Source: Coleofasciculus chthonoplastes F2-STO-03
Lineage (GTDB): Bacteria; Cyanobacteriota; Cyanobacteriia; Cyanobacteriales; Coleofasciculaceae
NCBI GenBank assembly: GCA_040222015.1
Contig: JAVJWO010000153.1
Coordinates: 1-64,000 of the forward strand
DNA length: 64,000 nt
Direction of reading: 5' to 3'
This document shows, piece after piece, positions 1 to 9,603 of this stretch; within the stretch, counting starts at the first letter, position 1; every line of letters starts with the position of its first letter. Under the pieces are notes generated by a model, which had not been told where the DNA came from, did not search any database, and saw nothing but the letters and a program-made list of their open reading frames with translations. The position numbers and the translations under genes were made by a program.

Positions 1-1947
1 GCTGATGGGTGTGCCATTACTGTCGAGCTTTACGTTATCTAGGGTGGCTAACTGACTAAATCCATTCGGTCCAGTGACGAGTAGGTCATTATTGTCTAAC
101 GTGGACAGGTCAACGGCTTGGTTATCGGAGTAGGTGACATCAAATTGGTAATCCGTTCCCCCCTCTTGGGTGACATCCGCCGCATTCAGGCTAGCGGTTG
201 GCAGAATCGTCTCCGTACTGGTACTCGTTAATATCTCAATGGCGGATATCTTCGCTTTGTCAACCACACCAGCCAAGTCAATATTCAGGATGCCATCGCT
301 AACGTTGACACCAGCAACAGATGTGATTAACGCTGTATTTTTGTCCCCGGTCGCATATACAATGTCTAAATCGTCATTGAGTAACTGACCCTCAACAGTG
401 GCATCAAATACCCGTTGTTCGGCTGAATTGAAGAAATTTTCGGCAAAGTGTAGGTTGACCGTGTAGGTGCCATTATCTACGGGAATCTCGTACCCAAAGG
501 TGTTTTGATAGCGCTCTGTTTGATAGAGAGTATCTTCCACCGTGCCAGCAATGGGAACATTGAATAAAGAGGTATTCCCGGCAGTAAAATAATCGTCCGC
601 CTGCCAAAGATTTCCGGCACTATCGGTATAATCTCCTCCCCCGGCATTGATGCGTATTCCTGGGGTAGCCATTTGAGCGGCTGATGCTGTTGGCTGGTTA
701 GCTGAAGCGGTTGCTAAAGTTAATTGATTGGTTTGGACTACTGGCAAAAGTGGCTCGTCTGCCAAAGTTAAGTTATTGCTTTTGACTACTGACAAGAGCG
801 AGTCGTCATTTTTATTTTTCTTATTCCCTTTTTCTTCATCAGGAACAATTTCAATGGTGGAAAGTCGAGCGGCTTCATTCTTGAGAGATTTGAAGTTTAA
901 ATCAAGAAACCCATCTTTGACCTTTACCTTAAATGTTTGGGTTAGGGCTGTATTGGTTTCTGGCTTTTCTTTAACGGCTTTAAGCAGGGTTTCCGCTTCT
1001 TCGATTTCTAGTTTATTTTTAGATTTTCCTTTTTGCAGAATGCCTTGAATTTCGTCACTCTCTAATCCCTTAACAGCATCTTCTATTTCAATAAGTTTGT
1101 TTGTCCCCAGATTTAGTTTCTTTTTCTGCTTTGCATCTTTAACAATGGCATCAATTTCATCAATCGCCTTTTGCTTCTTCGCCTTGACCTCCTGAATCAC
1201 ATCGACTTCATCAAGGGCAACTTGTTGATTGGCTTTTACCTGAAATTCCCGTTGATCTGCTTCAAGAACATAGGGAGTTTCGACAAAACTTAACCTCACT
1301 TCATAGTCGCCATTGGGTAGAGCAAATAAATACTCAAACTCTTCTGCCTGACGCCCCGACTGAAACAGGACTGAATCCGTTGTTCCGGTAACTTTGGGTA
1401 ATGATTTAAAAGTTTTCCCACTTTTTCCCCTAGTAAAGTTACTGTCTGCTGCCCAAAGCTGACCTTGACTATCGAGATAGTTTTCTGAACCCCCAACGTT
1501 GACACGGACTATCCTGGAGTCACCTGTAATTTCAGCGAGTTTGGATGCCGAAAACAAACTTTTTAGTTTGTCTTTTTCTTTCTTTTCTTTTTCTTTATCT
1601 TTGTCCGACAGCGCATTTCCCTGTTCCGACTTTTTCGAGGAACTTGTCCCCGTCAACGAGTCGTCAAAGGTACCTACTAAGGTCACATTGTCTGGCGAGA
1701 GATCTGTGGATGAGTCTGGAGGCGTATCCTCAATTGTGGAATCAGAAGGTATCAGGGTATTTACCACCAAGCCATCTGTCCATTCACTGGCAGACAGGGA
1801 TGTGAGATCTGCCCCCAATTCATTACTAGATGTAGATGCAGCAGGGTTCTCTGCCGTTTGATTTTCAGTTAACCCCAGATAGGCAGGGTCGGTTTCTGGA
1901 TCAAGACTTAAAGGAAAAAATTGTTCAGTTGTAGTTGTGAATTCCAT
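1..1947 (-). CDS. Large surface/secreted protein with two malectin-like domains (3' end runs off the window)
   Basis: Not in the ORF track (no stop in the window). My translation from ATG 1947 stays open to base 1: MEFTTTTEQFF...IVRVNVGGSENYLDSQGQLWAAD...LPNGDYEVRLSFVE...RLSTIEI, then GIRINAGGGDYTDSAGNLWQADDYF...LYQTERY...VDNGTYTVNLHFAE...RVFD...AKISAIEI. Confidence 0.85.
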   Translation of the reverse strand, partial: MEFTTTTEQFFPLSLDPETDPAYLGLTENQTAENPAASTSSNELGADLTSLSASEWTDGLVVNTLIPSDSTIEDTPPDSSTDLSPDNVTLVGTFDDSLTGTSSSKKSEQGNALSDKDKEKEKKEKDKLKSLFSASKLAEITGDSRIVRVNVGGSENYLDSQGQLWAADSNFTRGKSGKTFKSLPKVTGTTDSVLFQSGRQAEEFEYLFALPNGDYEVRLSFVETPYVLEADQREFQVKANQQVALDEVDVIQEVKAKKQKAIDEIDAIVKDAKQKKKLNLGTNKLIEIEDAVKGLESDEIQGILQKGKSKNKLEIEEAETLLKAVKEKPETNTALTQTFKVKVKDGFLDLNFKSLKNEAARLSTIEIVPDEEKGNKKNKNDDSLLSVVKSNNLTLADEPLLPVVQTNQLTLATASANQPTASAAQMATPGIRINAGGGDYTDSAGNLWQADDYFTAGNTSLFNVPIAGTVEDTLYQTERYQNTFGYEIPVDNGTYTVNLHFAENFFNSAEQRVFDATVEGQLLNDDLDIVYATGDKNTALITSVAGVNVSDGILNIDLAGVVDKAKISAIEILTSTSTETILPTASLNAADVTQEGGTDYQFDVTYSDNQAVDLSTLDNNDLLVTGPNGFSQLATLDNVKLDSNGTPIS

Positions 1948-2208
1948 GTTAAACCCTGTTGTTTACAAGAAGTAAACCTTATTAAAAAAAACATTTACAA
2001 TCGATTGAGTTGACAATCGATTACTAACCTAGAGTCTAGCCAGAAAATAAATTTCCGAAACTTGAAGCGAAAGCTTACTGGGTCATTTTTTGAACCTATT
2101 TTTACGGCACGCAAGCTGGGAAAGTAAGACATTTAATTCAGAAGTTAATTCAAATAGCTTTCATTAACTACTCAAATTTCCCCAATGCGTTTTATGCCAA
2201 AAAACTTA

Positions 2209-2301
2209 TATAGCGTTTTTAGATGATTCGTGTAGAGCCCAAGCAATGAAAGCCTTACTGGGCAAAGGGTGCTTGTTTACATCTCAAATGAAAACGCTAT
2301 A
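2209..2301. mobile_element. TA-flanked MITE
   Basis: Terminal inverted repeats TATAGCGTTTT...AAAACGCTATA; non-coding. Confidence 0.65.
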
Positions 2302-2590
2302 TTGGTTACAACAGTTTATAATTAGGTTAAGATCGGGAATTTTTTTTGTCGGGGCGCAAGCCTTGCCAGGATTGCGCCCAAGGCGAGGCATAGTACCTCA
2401 CCTGATCGGGAAACGCTATAGTCGGAGATAAAAAAGTTAACTATGTTAAGTTTCCTAAAAACTCCCAATCATCTTTAGCGATCGCGAAATCCTACAAAAC
2501 TTAACACAGTGTCGTTTACTTTTATCCGACTACTTATTCTGGCAACAGACAAGAGATCGGTTTAAAGGTGGGGTGAACTTCAGATTAAAG

Positions 2591-3289
2591 CTAGTTTTTC
2601 TTTTGTTTTTTGGATTGTTGCTTCTTAAACAGGGCACCAAATCCTAGCGCCATGGTTGAACCCAGGATGGTCAAGGGTTCGGGAACAGGATCATAGGTAA
2701 TATTATCAATTGCACCACTGCCAGGCAGGTCAATTTCAACACGGGTGACTGGGGCGGTGGTGAAACCATCAACAAAGATAGCTGAGTTGTCTCCAGGACC
2801 AAAAATACCCCCAATAGATTCAATTAAGGTATCTCCGTTAAATAAAGACACCGTCGTAGACTCTTCTTCATCATCCAAGAGATTAAAGCCTTTAAAGATA
2901 ACAGGCATCTTAAAATCGAAAGTGATTGTACCACCAATCTGGGAGTCGTTGGGTATAGCTGAATTGTTATCAAAACTAATGATCAGAGCCTTGCCAAACT
3001 GACCGCCAAAGTTCAAATCAGGATCGGCTGAGCAATTTACTCCCGGGCCGCAGTCCGTGTCGAATATCATCAAGTCACGAGGTTCCCCTGCATTCGGGAA
3101 ATTTTGGTTGACGTTACGCTGACTAAACACGCCCAAAGTAGCACTCTTAGTCATCACCCCAGTGACAACCTCACCGTGATCGAATTCTTCAAAGTCGATG
3201 ACAGCCGCCTGAGCTGGGTTAGCGTGGAGTGCAGTCAAACCAACTACAGCACCTGCCGTCGCGATCGCAAACTTTAACTTATGATGCAT
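2591..3289 (-). CDS. PEP-CTERM sorting domain protein
   Basis: Signal peptide ending PAQA-A; C-terminal VPEPLTILGS, TM helix and Lys-rich tail. Confidence 0.92.
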   Translation of the reverse strand: MHHKLKFAIATAGAVVGLTALHANPAQAAVIDFEEFDHGEVVTGVMTKSATLGVFSQRNVNQNFPNAGEPRDLMIFDTDCGPGVNCSADPDLNFGGQFGKALIISFDNNSAIPNDSQIGGTITFDFKMPVIFKGFNLLDDEEESTTVSLFNGDTLIESIGGIFGPGDNSAIFVDGFTTAPVTRVEIDLPGSGAIDNITYDPVPEPLTILGSTMALGFGALFKKQQSKKQKKN

Positions 3290-3596
3290 GATTAACCCTT
3301 TGTGAAGCTAATTGACTACTTAAACTGTATAGTACCAATGATTCACATTTAAGACTCAGCTATCCCTCAATCTTCATCAAAACTTGATAAATAGGGAATT
3401 GAGCTTCACACAATCTTTAAAAAACAGCCCTTGAAAATCAAGCTTAGGTTAAGTTCGCTTTGACAAAAACGGGGGGGGAGAAATAGCTTTAAACCTAGAC
3501 AGGGAAGGGGTTTGCGATTCAATGGGGCTGGCTGTAAAAACTGGAAACCCTGACAAATAAAGGATTTAAGGATGATTAAAGGTTTATAAAGTTACC

Positions 3597-3740
3597 GTGA
3601 GGTGGGCAAGAGCAACCAAGGATAATATAAGCGTTTCCTTTGTTTATATAGCAATAGACACATCGATTAGGACGTTCGGCACCATTGTAGAGACGCGCCA
3701 TGGCGCGTCTCTACATAACTACAACTCTTGCCCACCCTAC
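3597..3740. repeat. GTAG-type hairpin element with a nested 30-bp perfect palindrome (3686-3715)
   Basis: Arms GGTGGGCAAGAG...CTCTTGCCCACCCTAC; nested TGTAGAGACGCGCCATGGCGCGTCTCTACA; uninterrupted sister copy at about 8460-8526. Confidence 0.8.
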
Positions 3741-3865
3741 ATAGAGTCTACATACAACTATTGCCAAGAGCCACCTACCACCCATGTGTGTCAACTTAAG
3801 CCACACCCCACACCCCACACCTGCCCTCACCATAAGACTGAATGAAGCAAGCCCTACCTAATTGC

Positions 3866-4843
3866 TCAACTTTTTTGTTTGGCACAAAAGCGCTTCCGTT
3901 GCATCCAGCCGAATAACGCTAACAATCCGAATCCCAACGCACTACTGGGTTCAGGGATAGATGTTGTCGGTTCTGGATCTGACCCCTCTATGCCAGCGTA
4001 GCTAAGTTCAACTCCTGACGTATTGGGCGAAAAATCGACGCTGTAACGAACCAACAAAGAATTGACTGGAAACATCAGGGTTTCACTATCAACCTCTCCC
4101 GTTACAGAAGCAAGTAACTGACTGGGGTTATTGCCGTCAAAAAATTCCAATACCGTATCCTTTAATGATAGATCTGGAATCTCTAGAGCAACGGCGTTCA
4201 TCGGCTCAGATGTTTTAATCATCCAAGAGCAAGTCGAATAGTTTTGGACAAAGGGAAACCCGTTTTGGGAACTGAGAGAACCCCTTGCTCCGTTAAGGGT
4301 TTTTTCTCCTTGGCAGAACGTGGGTTGACTCTCTTCGGGTAACGTAATTCCGTTTAATTTCAGAGCAAAGGAAAGCTGACTCTCAGTAATATTTGTGGCT
4401 TCAATCCAGTTAGTGTCTATCAAGTTAGCGCCCATCAGATCCGCATCTTTGAGATTTGCCAAAAATAGAGTAGCCCCCATCAAGTCAGCATCCAATAGGT
4501 TCGCTTTATTCAGCAAAGCCTTGGTTAGATTAGCGCCAATCAAGTTAGTACCACTGAGATTAGTCCCAATCAGTTGAGCATCAATCAGTTTAGCACCACT
4601 CAGATTCGCCTCAGCTAAATTAGCACCACTTAAGTCAGCACCACTGAGGATCGCGCCACTGAGATCAGTATCGCTCAGATCCGCATCTCTCAAGTCACAA
4701 AATCGGCAATTATTCGTTTCTAGGAGCTGATCCAAATTCTTTTGGTTAAAGGCTTCAGCGGAATTAGTGGTCAGCCAAGTTAAGGTTAGGGCTACACCAA
4801 CACTAAAGCTATTGGTGGCTATGGTTTGCAACGTTTTATTCAC
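3866..4843 (-). CDS. Pentapeptide-repeat + CUB-like domain PEP-CTERM protein
   Basis: Signal peptide; A(D/N)Lxx repeats; CUB-like segment C...GSLSS...NYSTCSWMI...DTVLEFFDG...NSLLVRYSVDFS..SGVELSY; IPEP, TM and basic tail. Confidence 0.85.
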   Translation of the reverse strand: MNKTLQTIATNSFSVGVALTLTWLTTNSAEAFNQKNLDQLLETNNCRFCDLRDADLSDTDLSGAILSGADLSGANLAEANLSGAKLIDAQLIGTNLSGTNLIGANLTKALLNKANLLDADLMGATLFLANLKDADLMGANLIDTNWIEATNITESQLSFALKLNGITLPEESQPTFCQGEKTLNGARGSLSSQNGFPFVQNYSTCSWMIKTSEPMNAVALEIPDLSLKDTVLEFFDGNNPSQLLASVTGEVDSETLMFPVNSLLVRYSVDFSPNTSGVELSYAGIEGSDPEPTTSIPEPSSALGFGLLALFGWMQRKRFCAKQKS

Positions 4844-5010
4844 AAGTGGTTTCCTCTAAATCATAGAATCCTATAACTATAGGATATCTTTCAATAATTC
4901 TTAAAAGAGTTTAATAAAGTTTAATCGATTTTAATCCAAATATCCAGAAACCAGTTTCAGGGATAAGCGTCGATGGCAAAAAATTCATCTTAGCTTTACA
5001 AAGACGCCGT

Positions 5011-6168
5011 TTAATTTAAAGATTGAGTAAAGATAAACCGGTCGAGTAGCTGAGCAATCTGCTGGTTGATGGTATTGAGATTGAAGCGTTGACTGGCTTG
5101 AATCTGGGCTTGCTGAGCCATGATTGCGGCTTGTTTAGGTTGATTACGACAGGTGGTGATAATTTGAGCCAGTTGCTGGGAATCACTGGGAGAGAACAAC
5201 CATCCCGTTTTCTCAGTTTCAATGAGTTCAATAACACCGCCAGCTGCAGCAGCAACAATCGGGCGTTCACAGAGCATGGCTTCGACAATTACTCGCCCGA
5301 ACGGTTCTGGTGCCGTTGAGGTATGAGTGATTAAATCACAGGCTTTCATTAAGGGGATGATATCCGAACGAAATCCTAAAAACTGAACTCGTTCTTTTAG
5401 TCCTAATTCGGCAACCTGTTGATATAAATGCTGGACATACTTTTGTTCGCCGAACAGAGCATCACCCACTAAAATCGCGCTCACTTCTGGGGGACATTGG
5501 GCAAGGGCGGCGAGTAAAATATGCTGTCCTTTCCAGGGAGACAAACGGCTAAAATGACCGACAATAAATTGACCATCTAATCCGAGTTGTTGTCTGACTT
5601 GATCGGAATCATTTCCTTGAGTTTGGTACTGTTTTGGTTCAAAGCCGTTATAGACGACTTGTGTCAGTTCTGATCGTCCTCCCGCTGCCATAAATGCGGC
5701 TTGAGCGGCTTGGGAATTGGTAATAACTAACGATGCAAAGTGATTCGCTAAGGTTACAGCAATACGACGGTTAGTCAGGCTGAAGTGATCGGGAGAAAGG
5801 ATATCATGGAGGTGATAAACCAAAGGACGATGGCTAAAAAGGCTGGCGAAGGCACCGACGACTAGGGCTTTTTGGGTGTTAGCGTAAATGAGTTGGTAAT
5901 CGCGGGCTAGTTGGCTAACCTTAAGTATTAGTGGAAGCATAGAACTCATACTGCCTAAGCTTTGAAGTACACCACTGTCTTTTTTTACTCGGATTGCTTC
6001 AGTGGTGAGAACTTGGACAGGAATTTGCTGGTGTTCTAATAACTCCCTGAATGTTCCATCGGCAAATAAACCCACTAGACAGTGATTTCGATAGGGTTTT
6101 GCCAGATCAGTTAGGGAGAGTTCAGCCCCACCTAATTTGCCACTCTGATCTAAAAATAGGATTTTCAT
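5011..6168 (-). CDS. Glycosyltransferase family 4 (HepE/Alr3699-like)
   Basis: MKILFLDQSGKLGGAELSL N-terminus; SRLSPWKGQ; EPFGRVIVEAM (EX7E). Confidence 0.9.
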   Translation of the reverse strand: MKILFLDQSGKLGGAELSLTDLAKPYRNHCLVGLFADGTFRELLEHQQIPVQVLTTEAIRVKKDSGVLQSLGSMSSMLPLILKVSQLARDYQLIYANTQKALVVGAFASLFSHRPLVYHLHDILSPDHFSLTNRRIAVTLANHFASLVITNSQAAQAAFMAAGGRSELTQVVYNGFEPKQYQTQGNDSDQVRQQLGLDGQFIVGHFSRLSPWKGQHILLAALAQCPPEVSAILVGDALFGEQKYVQHLYQQVAELGLKERVQFLGFRSDIIPLMKACDLITHTSTAPEPFGRVIVEAMLCERPIVAAAAGGVIELIETEKTGWLFSPSDSQQLAQIITTCRNQPKQAAIMAQQAQIQASQRFNLNTINQQIAQLLDRFIFTQSLN

Positions 6169-6193
6169 ATTTGAGCAAACCTAAACTATTATG

Positions 6194-7111
6194 TTAATCA
6201 GAACAATTCTGAGAGTCTCGGAGTAGCTTTTTATTCCAAAAAACACAGCCTTTTTTTCTGGGACATAAACCGTGAGAAAGCGCCATTAATTGCTGAATAG
6301 AAAAATCAGTTTTGCAATAATATGGATATTTAGGAACTCTGGAGGTATAGTCAAAAAATATAGAGAGTCGATCTGAGCCTATCGGCACTTGACCCCGATG
6401 GAAAATGTGCGCTGAGTCAACGAATAGCAATGTCCCCGATGAACCTGGACAAGATTTCCAGTGTTCTTGGGGGACAACTTGCTCCATCACCTGATCCTTG
6501 ATCGTTCCATAGTTGTAATTCAGTCGTCGCAGAATTGAATGGGTTAGAGTCTTGGGAATGTATTGGAAACACCCTCCATTCTCCCCGACATCATTTAAGT
6601 AGAGAATAATTTTCAACATGCGATAGTCTTCTTTATCGAGATGCCACAGCCTTGTCCGCCTCTGAATTTTATTAGCCAGATCTCGACGAAAATATAAGCC
6701 ATGATAGGCGACAGGAAGAGCCAGATAATTCTCTACAATGTTCAGCAGCCGTTCTTCCAATCCCCAGTGGAAAAGCTGAGGATACTCCATGAGCTGCTCA
6801 GGTGGAACTTTAAGCAGATAGTCTTTGGGGCTACTGGGCGAAGCGGCTAGGATTTTCGGTAATAGATTTTGGCAGGCATGGATGAGTTGGCAGGTTAAGG
6901 GAATCTGCAAGTTGTCTAACGAGGTGACAAAAATTCCTTCCCGTTCCAGTGAATTGACAATTTGTAAGTCACACCGAGAAAGGATGGGTTTATGGGTGGC
7001 ATAGTCTTGTAATGCTTTTTGATAAGCCTGCTCCCCCCGAATTTGGAGCCGTTTTATTTGAGAAATTTCTCTTAATATTCTATGGCGAAGCCGGGTTAAA
7101 AAATGGCGCAT
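6194..7111 (-). CDS. 2OG-Fe(II) oxygenase family protein (PhyH-like)
   Basis: HxD in WHLD, distal His in IFHRG, Arg in DRLS; LKIILYLNDVGENGG. Confidence 0.8.
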   Translation of the reverse strand: MRHFLTRLRHRILREISQIKRLQIRGEQAYQKALQDYATHKPILSRCDLQIVNSLEREGIFVTSLDNLQIPLTCQLIHACQNLLPKILAASPSSPKDYLLKVPPEQLMEYPQLFHWGLEERLLNIVENYLALPVAYHGLYFRRDLANKIQRRTRLWHLDKEDYRMLKIILYLNDVGENGGCFQYIPKTLTHSILRRLNYNYGTIKDQVMEQVVPQEHWKSCPGSSGTLLFVDSAHIFHRGQVPIGSDRLSIFFDYTSRVPKYPYYCKTDFSIQQLMALSHGLCPRKKGCVFWNKKLLRDSQNCSD

Positions 7112-7197
7112 CTTGTTAATTTAGTTCGCTCACAAACTTGGGCAGCAAGGATAAATAGGGGCTGCTGAATAAGTCTTGTGGTGGGGTTACAGAGCAA

Positions 7198-7227
7198 TGT
7201 AGAGACGTAGCATGCTACGTCTCTACA
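7198..7227. repeat. 30-bp perfect GTAG palindrome
   Basis: TGTAGAGACGTAGCATGCTACGTCTCTACA; overlaps the stop codon of the adjacent GT. Confidence 0.9.
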
Positions 7228-8377
7228 GCAGAACTTTACGCACCTGCTGGGTAATGTTATGCCAGTTGAAATGGCGGCAAGAATAGTCCTGACAGGCGGT
7301 TCGAGAGGGCATGGAGATTTCTCCGGTGAGTAATGCTAGTAATTTTTGGGCGATCGCGTCTGCATCGGCTGAGTCTGTGATCAGTTCAGGAGAGAACGGC
7401 GCTAAGATTTCTGGCATTCCCCCAACAGGCGTACACATAACCGGGGTGCCAGATGCCAGAGATTCCAGTACAATTAAGCCAAATCCTTCCAGAGACTGAC
7501 TGGGAATCACGGTCAAGTCAGCGGCTTGATAGGCAATGGGTAAAAGTTCATCGGGTAAATACCCTAGGAATTTAACGTGATTTTGTAGTCCTAATTCTGT
7601 GGCTTGTTTTTCCAAGGATTCTCGGAGTGTGCCTTTCCCCGCGATCGCTAACCACACATCGGGTATCTTGGATGTTATTTTAGTTTTAGCTAGGGCGGTT
7701 AATAAGATATCAATCCCCATGCGCTTAACCAGGCGACGGGGAGTAAACAAAATCATCCGATCCCGCTGCCAGTTGAGCTGTTCTCGCGCCTGTTGACGGG
7801 ATAAATTGGGTTGAAAGCGATGGGTATCCACACCACCGGGAATGATGTGAATTTTGTGCCAAGGAATCTGATACTCTTGGTGCAAGAGGCTGCCAAAGGC
7901 TTGACTCAGGACAATGAAGCGATCGCACCGATTATAAACCCGCTGTTCCATCCACCGCTTGACGAATACCGCTAGATTGTTGCTACCTGCCAGATTACTC
8001 TCCATTGCCCAAGGGCCATGAAAAGTGAAAGTGATCGGTACTTTTTCCGGTAAGAGGGATAACAGAGGCAAACTGTAGAGGGCAAAATGCAAGTTTATCG
8101 CATCAGGAGGCGGTGCTTGTCGGTTTAAAAATTGGCGGCGGGTTGACCAAAGCCGTTGCCACAAGGGACTATCAGGTTCAGCCAGGTTGGTTAGTTTTAG
8201 GGGCGAGTTGGCTGGAGTTGGCGGTAGTCCAACACCACACAATTCAACCGTATCCTGTCCAGCAGCGAGGTTGTGGGTTAGTTCGTAGACATAGCGATCG
8301 AGTCCACCTGGCATTTTGGGTAACCAGCCATTGCCGACGCAGAGAATGTAGGCAGATTTTGCCGTAGGGTTACTCAT
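7223..8377 (-). CDS. Glycosyltransferase family 4 (HepB-like)
   Basis: GWLPKMPGGLDRYVYEL; RRLVKRMG; EGFGLIVLESL. Start moved to ATG 8377 (8416 possible) because the ORF-track extension runs through a repeat. Confidence 0.88.
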   Translation of the reverse strand: MSNPTAKSAYILCVGNGWLPKMPGGLDRYVYELTHNLAAGQDTVELCGVGLPPTPANSPLKLTNLAEPDSPLWQRLWSTRRQFLNRQAPPPDAINLHFALYSLPLLSLLPEKVPITFTFHGPWAMESNLAGSNNLAVFVKRWMEQRVYNRCDRFIVLSQAFGSLLHQEYQIPWHKIHIIPGGVDTHRFQPNLSRQQAREQLNWQRDRMILFTPRRLVKRMGIDILLTALAKTKITSKIPDVWLAIAGKGTLRESLEKQATELGLQNHVKFLGYLPDELLPIAYQAADLTVIPSQSLEGFGLIVLESLASGTPVMCTPVGGMPEILAPFSPELITDSADADAIAQKLLALLTGEISMPSRTACQDYSCRHFNWHNITQQVRKVLL

Positions 8378-8459
8378 AGTAATTTGTGCCAGACTCCGAA
8401 TCAGATTGGTTTCCATCTCACATCTTGCACCAGTCTCAACAAGCCGATTTGACATAGAC

Positions 8460-8526
8460 GTAGGGTGGGCAAGAGTTATAAACCTTAAAAGCCTTATATT
8501 ATCGTTCGTTGCTCTTGCCCACCACA
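8460..8526. repeat. GTAG-type hairpin element
   Basis: GTAGGGTGGGCAAGAG...CTCTTGCCCACC; same family as 3597-3740. Confidence 0.75.
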
Positions 8527-8543
8527 AGGTTACTGGGGATTTA

Positions 8544-9599
8544 TTACCAGTGCTGCACCATCTCTGTTCCATTTAACGTTTCAGCAATATACTGACCCAC
8601 CACTGTTTCCGAGCATTTAGTTTGCCACCAGTTCAACGCTTCTTGATGTAACCTTTGGATTAAGGATGGGTCATTGGTCAGCTTTTCCAACACCGCCTCT
8701 AGCTCACTCCAATCTTGAATCTGAATCGTCGGCGCTCCATTATAAAACCATCGTGAAGGTAACGCTTCAGTTACGACAACACAACCATATCTGAGTGCCT
8801 CAAAAAAGCGATAGGTTTCAAAAGACGTTCCTCTGGGAACCAGACATATTTTAGTATCCATCATTTTTTCGGAATAGCTGCTGGCATCTTGATCCGTTGT
8901 GGCATGGAACCCCCGTGTAATTGACAATTCAAATTTTAAGTGTTGGTATTTATCCCTAAGGGACTCGATTACAGCAAGCATTTTTTGTCGAGACACAATT
9001 TTTGGATCTTTTAGCCAATATTTTAATGATTCTTTGCTATATTTTTTTTGCGATAAACTGCCAGCGAAAAACACATCATAACAACGTTTATGAATATCTT
9101 TAATCGGCAATTTAAATTGTTTATAGTAACCGAGAGGAATATCATAAATCGGTGGAACCTTAGCCAGAGGGGAGGGTAAATTTTTAATCACCTGCAATCC
9201 ATAATTGAACAAACCGGGTAAACGTGCCACCGAGATTAACATAAACTGACCGAGGGTGAGAATATTGACATAGGACGGGTTTAGCAGGGGATTACATCCC
9301 AAGCTGCGGCGCGTACCGTAGCATTTAAAGACAGCACGTACCTGATGAAAATAGCGGGGGATGCGACACCACTCATCCCCTTGGACAACAGCGACCACAT
9401 TTTGTCCGTATGATGGCAGCTTGGAGATATCCCAGGTGAGGTAAACGGTTAAACCCTGTACCTGCAAATTCTTCTCCATCGCCTGAAAGACTTTACCAAA
9501 ATAGGCACACTCAGGGACGATATGGCAATCTTCTTGCCAAGGATTCCAAGCAATTGGTTCTCGATTTTTGGAGCAGACATAGTACTGGTTAGAAATCAT
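8544..9599 (-). CDS. Exostosin-like (GT47-like) glycosyltransferase
   Basis: DVFFAG...YSEKMMDTKICLVPRGTSFETYRFFEALRYGCVVV matches the exostosin CLxPxG...RxxEAxxxGCxPV pattern. Confidence 0.7.
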   Translation of the reverse strand: MISNQYYVCSKNREPIAWNPWQEDCHIVPECAYFGKVFQAMEKNLQVQGLTVYLTWDISKLPSYGQNVVAVVQGDEWCRIPRYFHQVRAVFKCYGTRRSLGCNPLLNPSYVNILTLGQFMLISVARLPGLFNYGLQVIKNLPSPLAKVPPIYDIPLGYYKQFKLPIKDIHKRCYDVFFAGSLSQKKYSKESLKYWLKDPKIVSRQKMLAVIESLRDKYQHLKFELSITRGFHATTDQDASSYSEKMMDTKICLVPRGTSFETYRFFEALRYGCVVVTEALPSRWFYNGAPTIQIQDWSELEAVLEKLTNDPSLIQRLHQEALNWWQTKCSETVVGQYIAETLNGTEMVQHW

Positions 9600-9603
9600 A
9601 ATT

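Noticed and set aside
170..1861. Short ORFs in the track (170-388, 728-1048, 1296-1505, 1499-1861, 1545-1805)
   Set aside because: Antisense or off-frame shadows of the long minus-strand malectin gene
8417..8572. N-terminal extension of the hepB-like GT
   Set aside because: Translates through a hairpin repeat and overlaps the upstream gene
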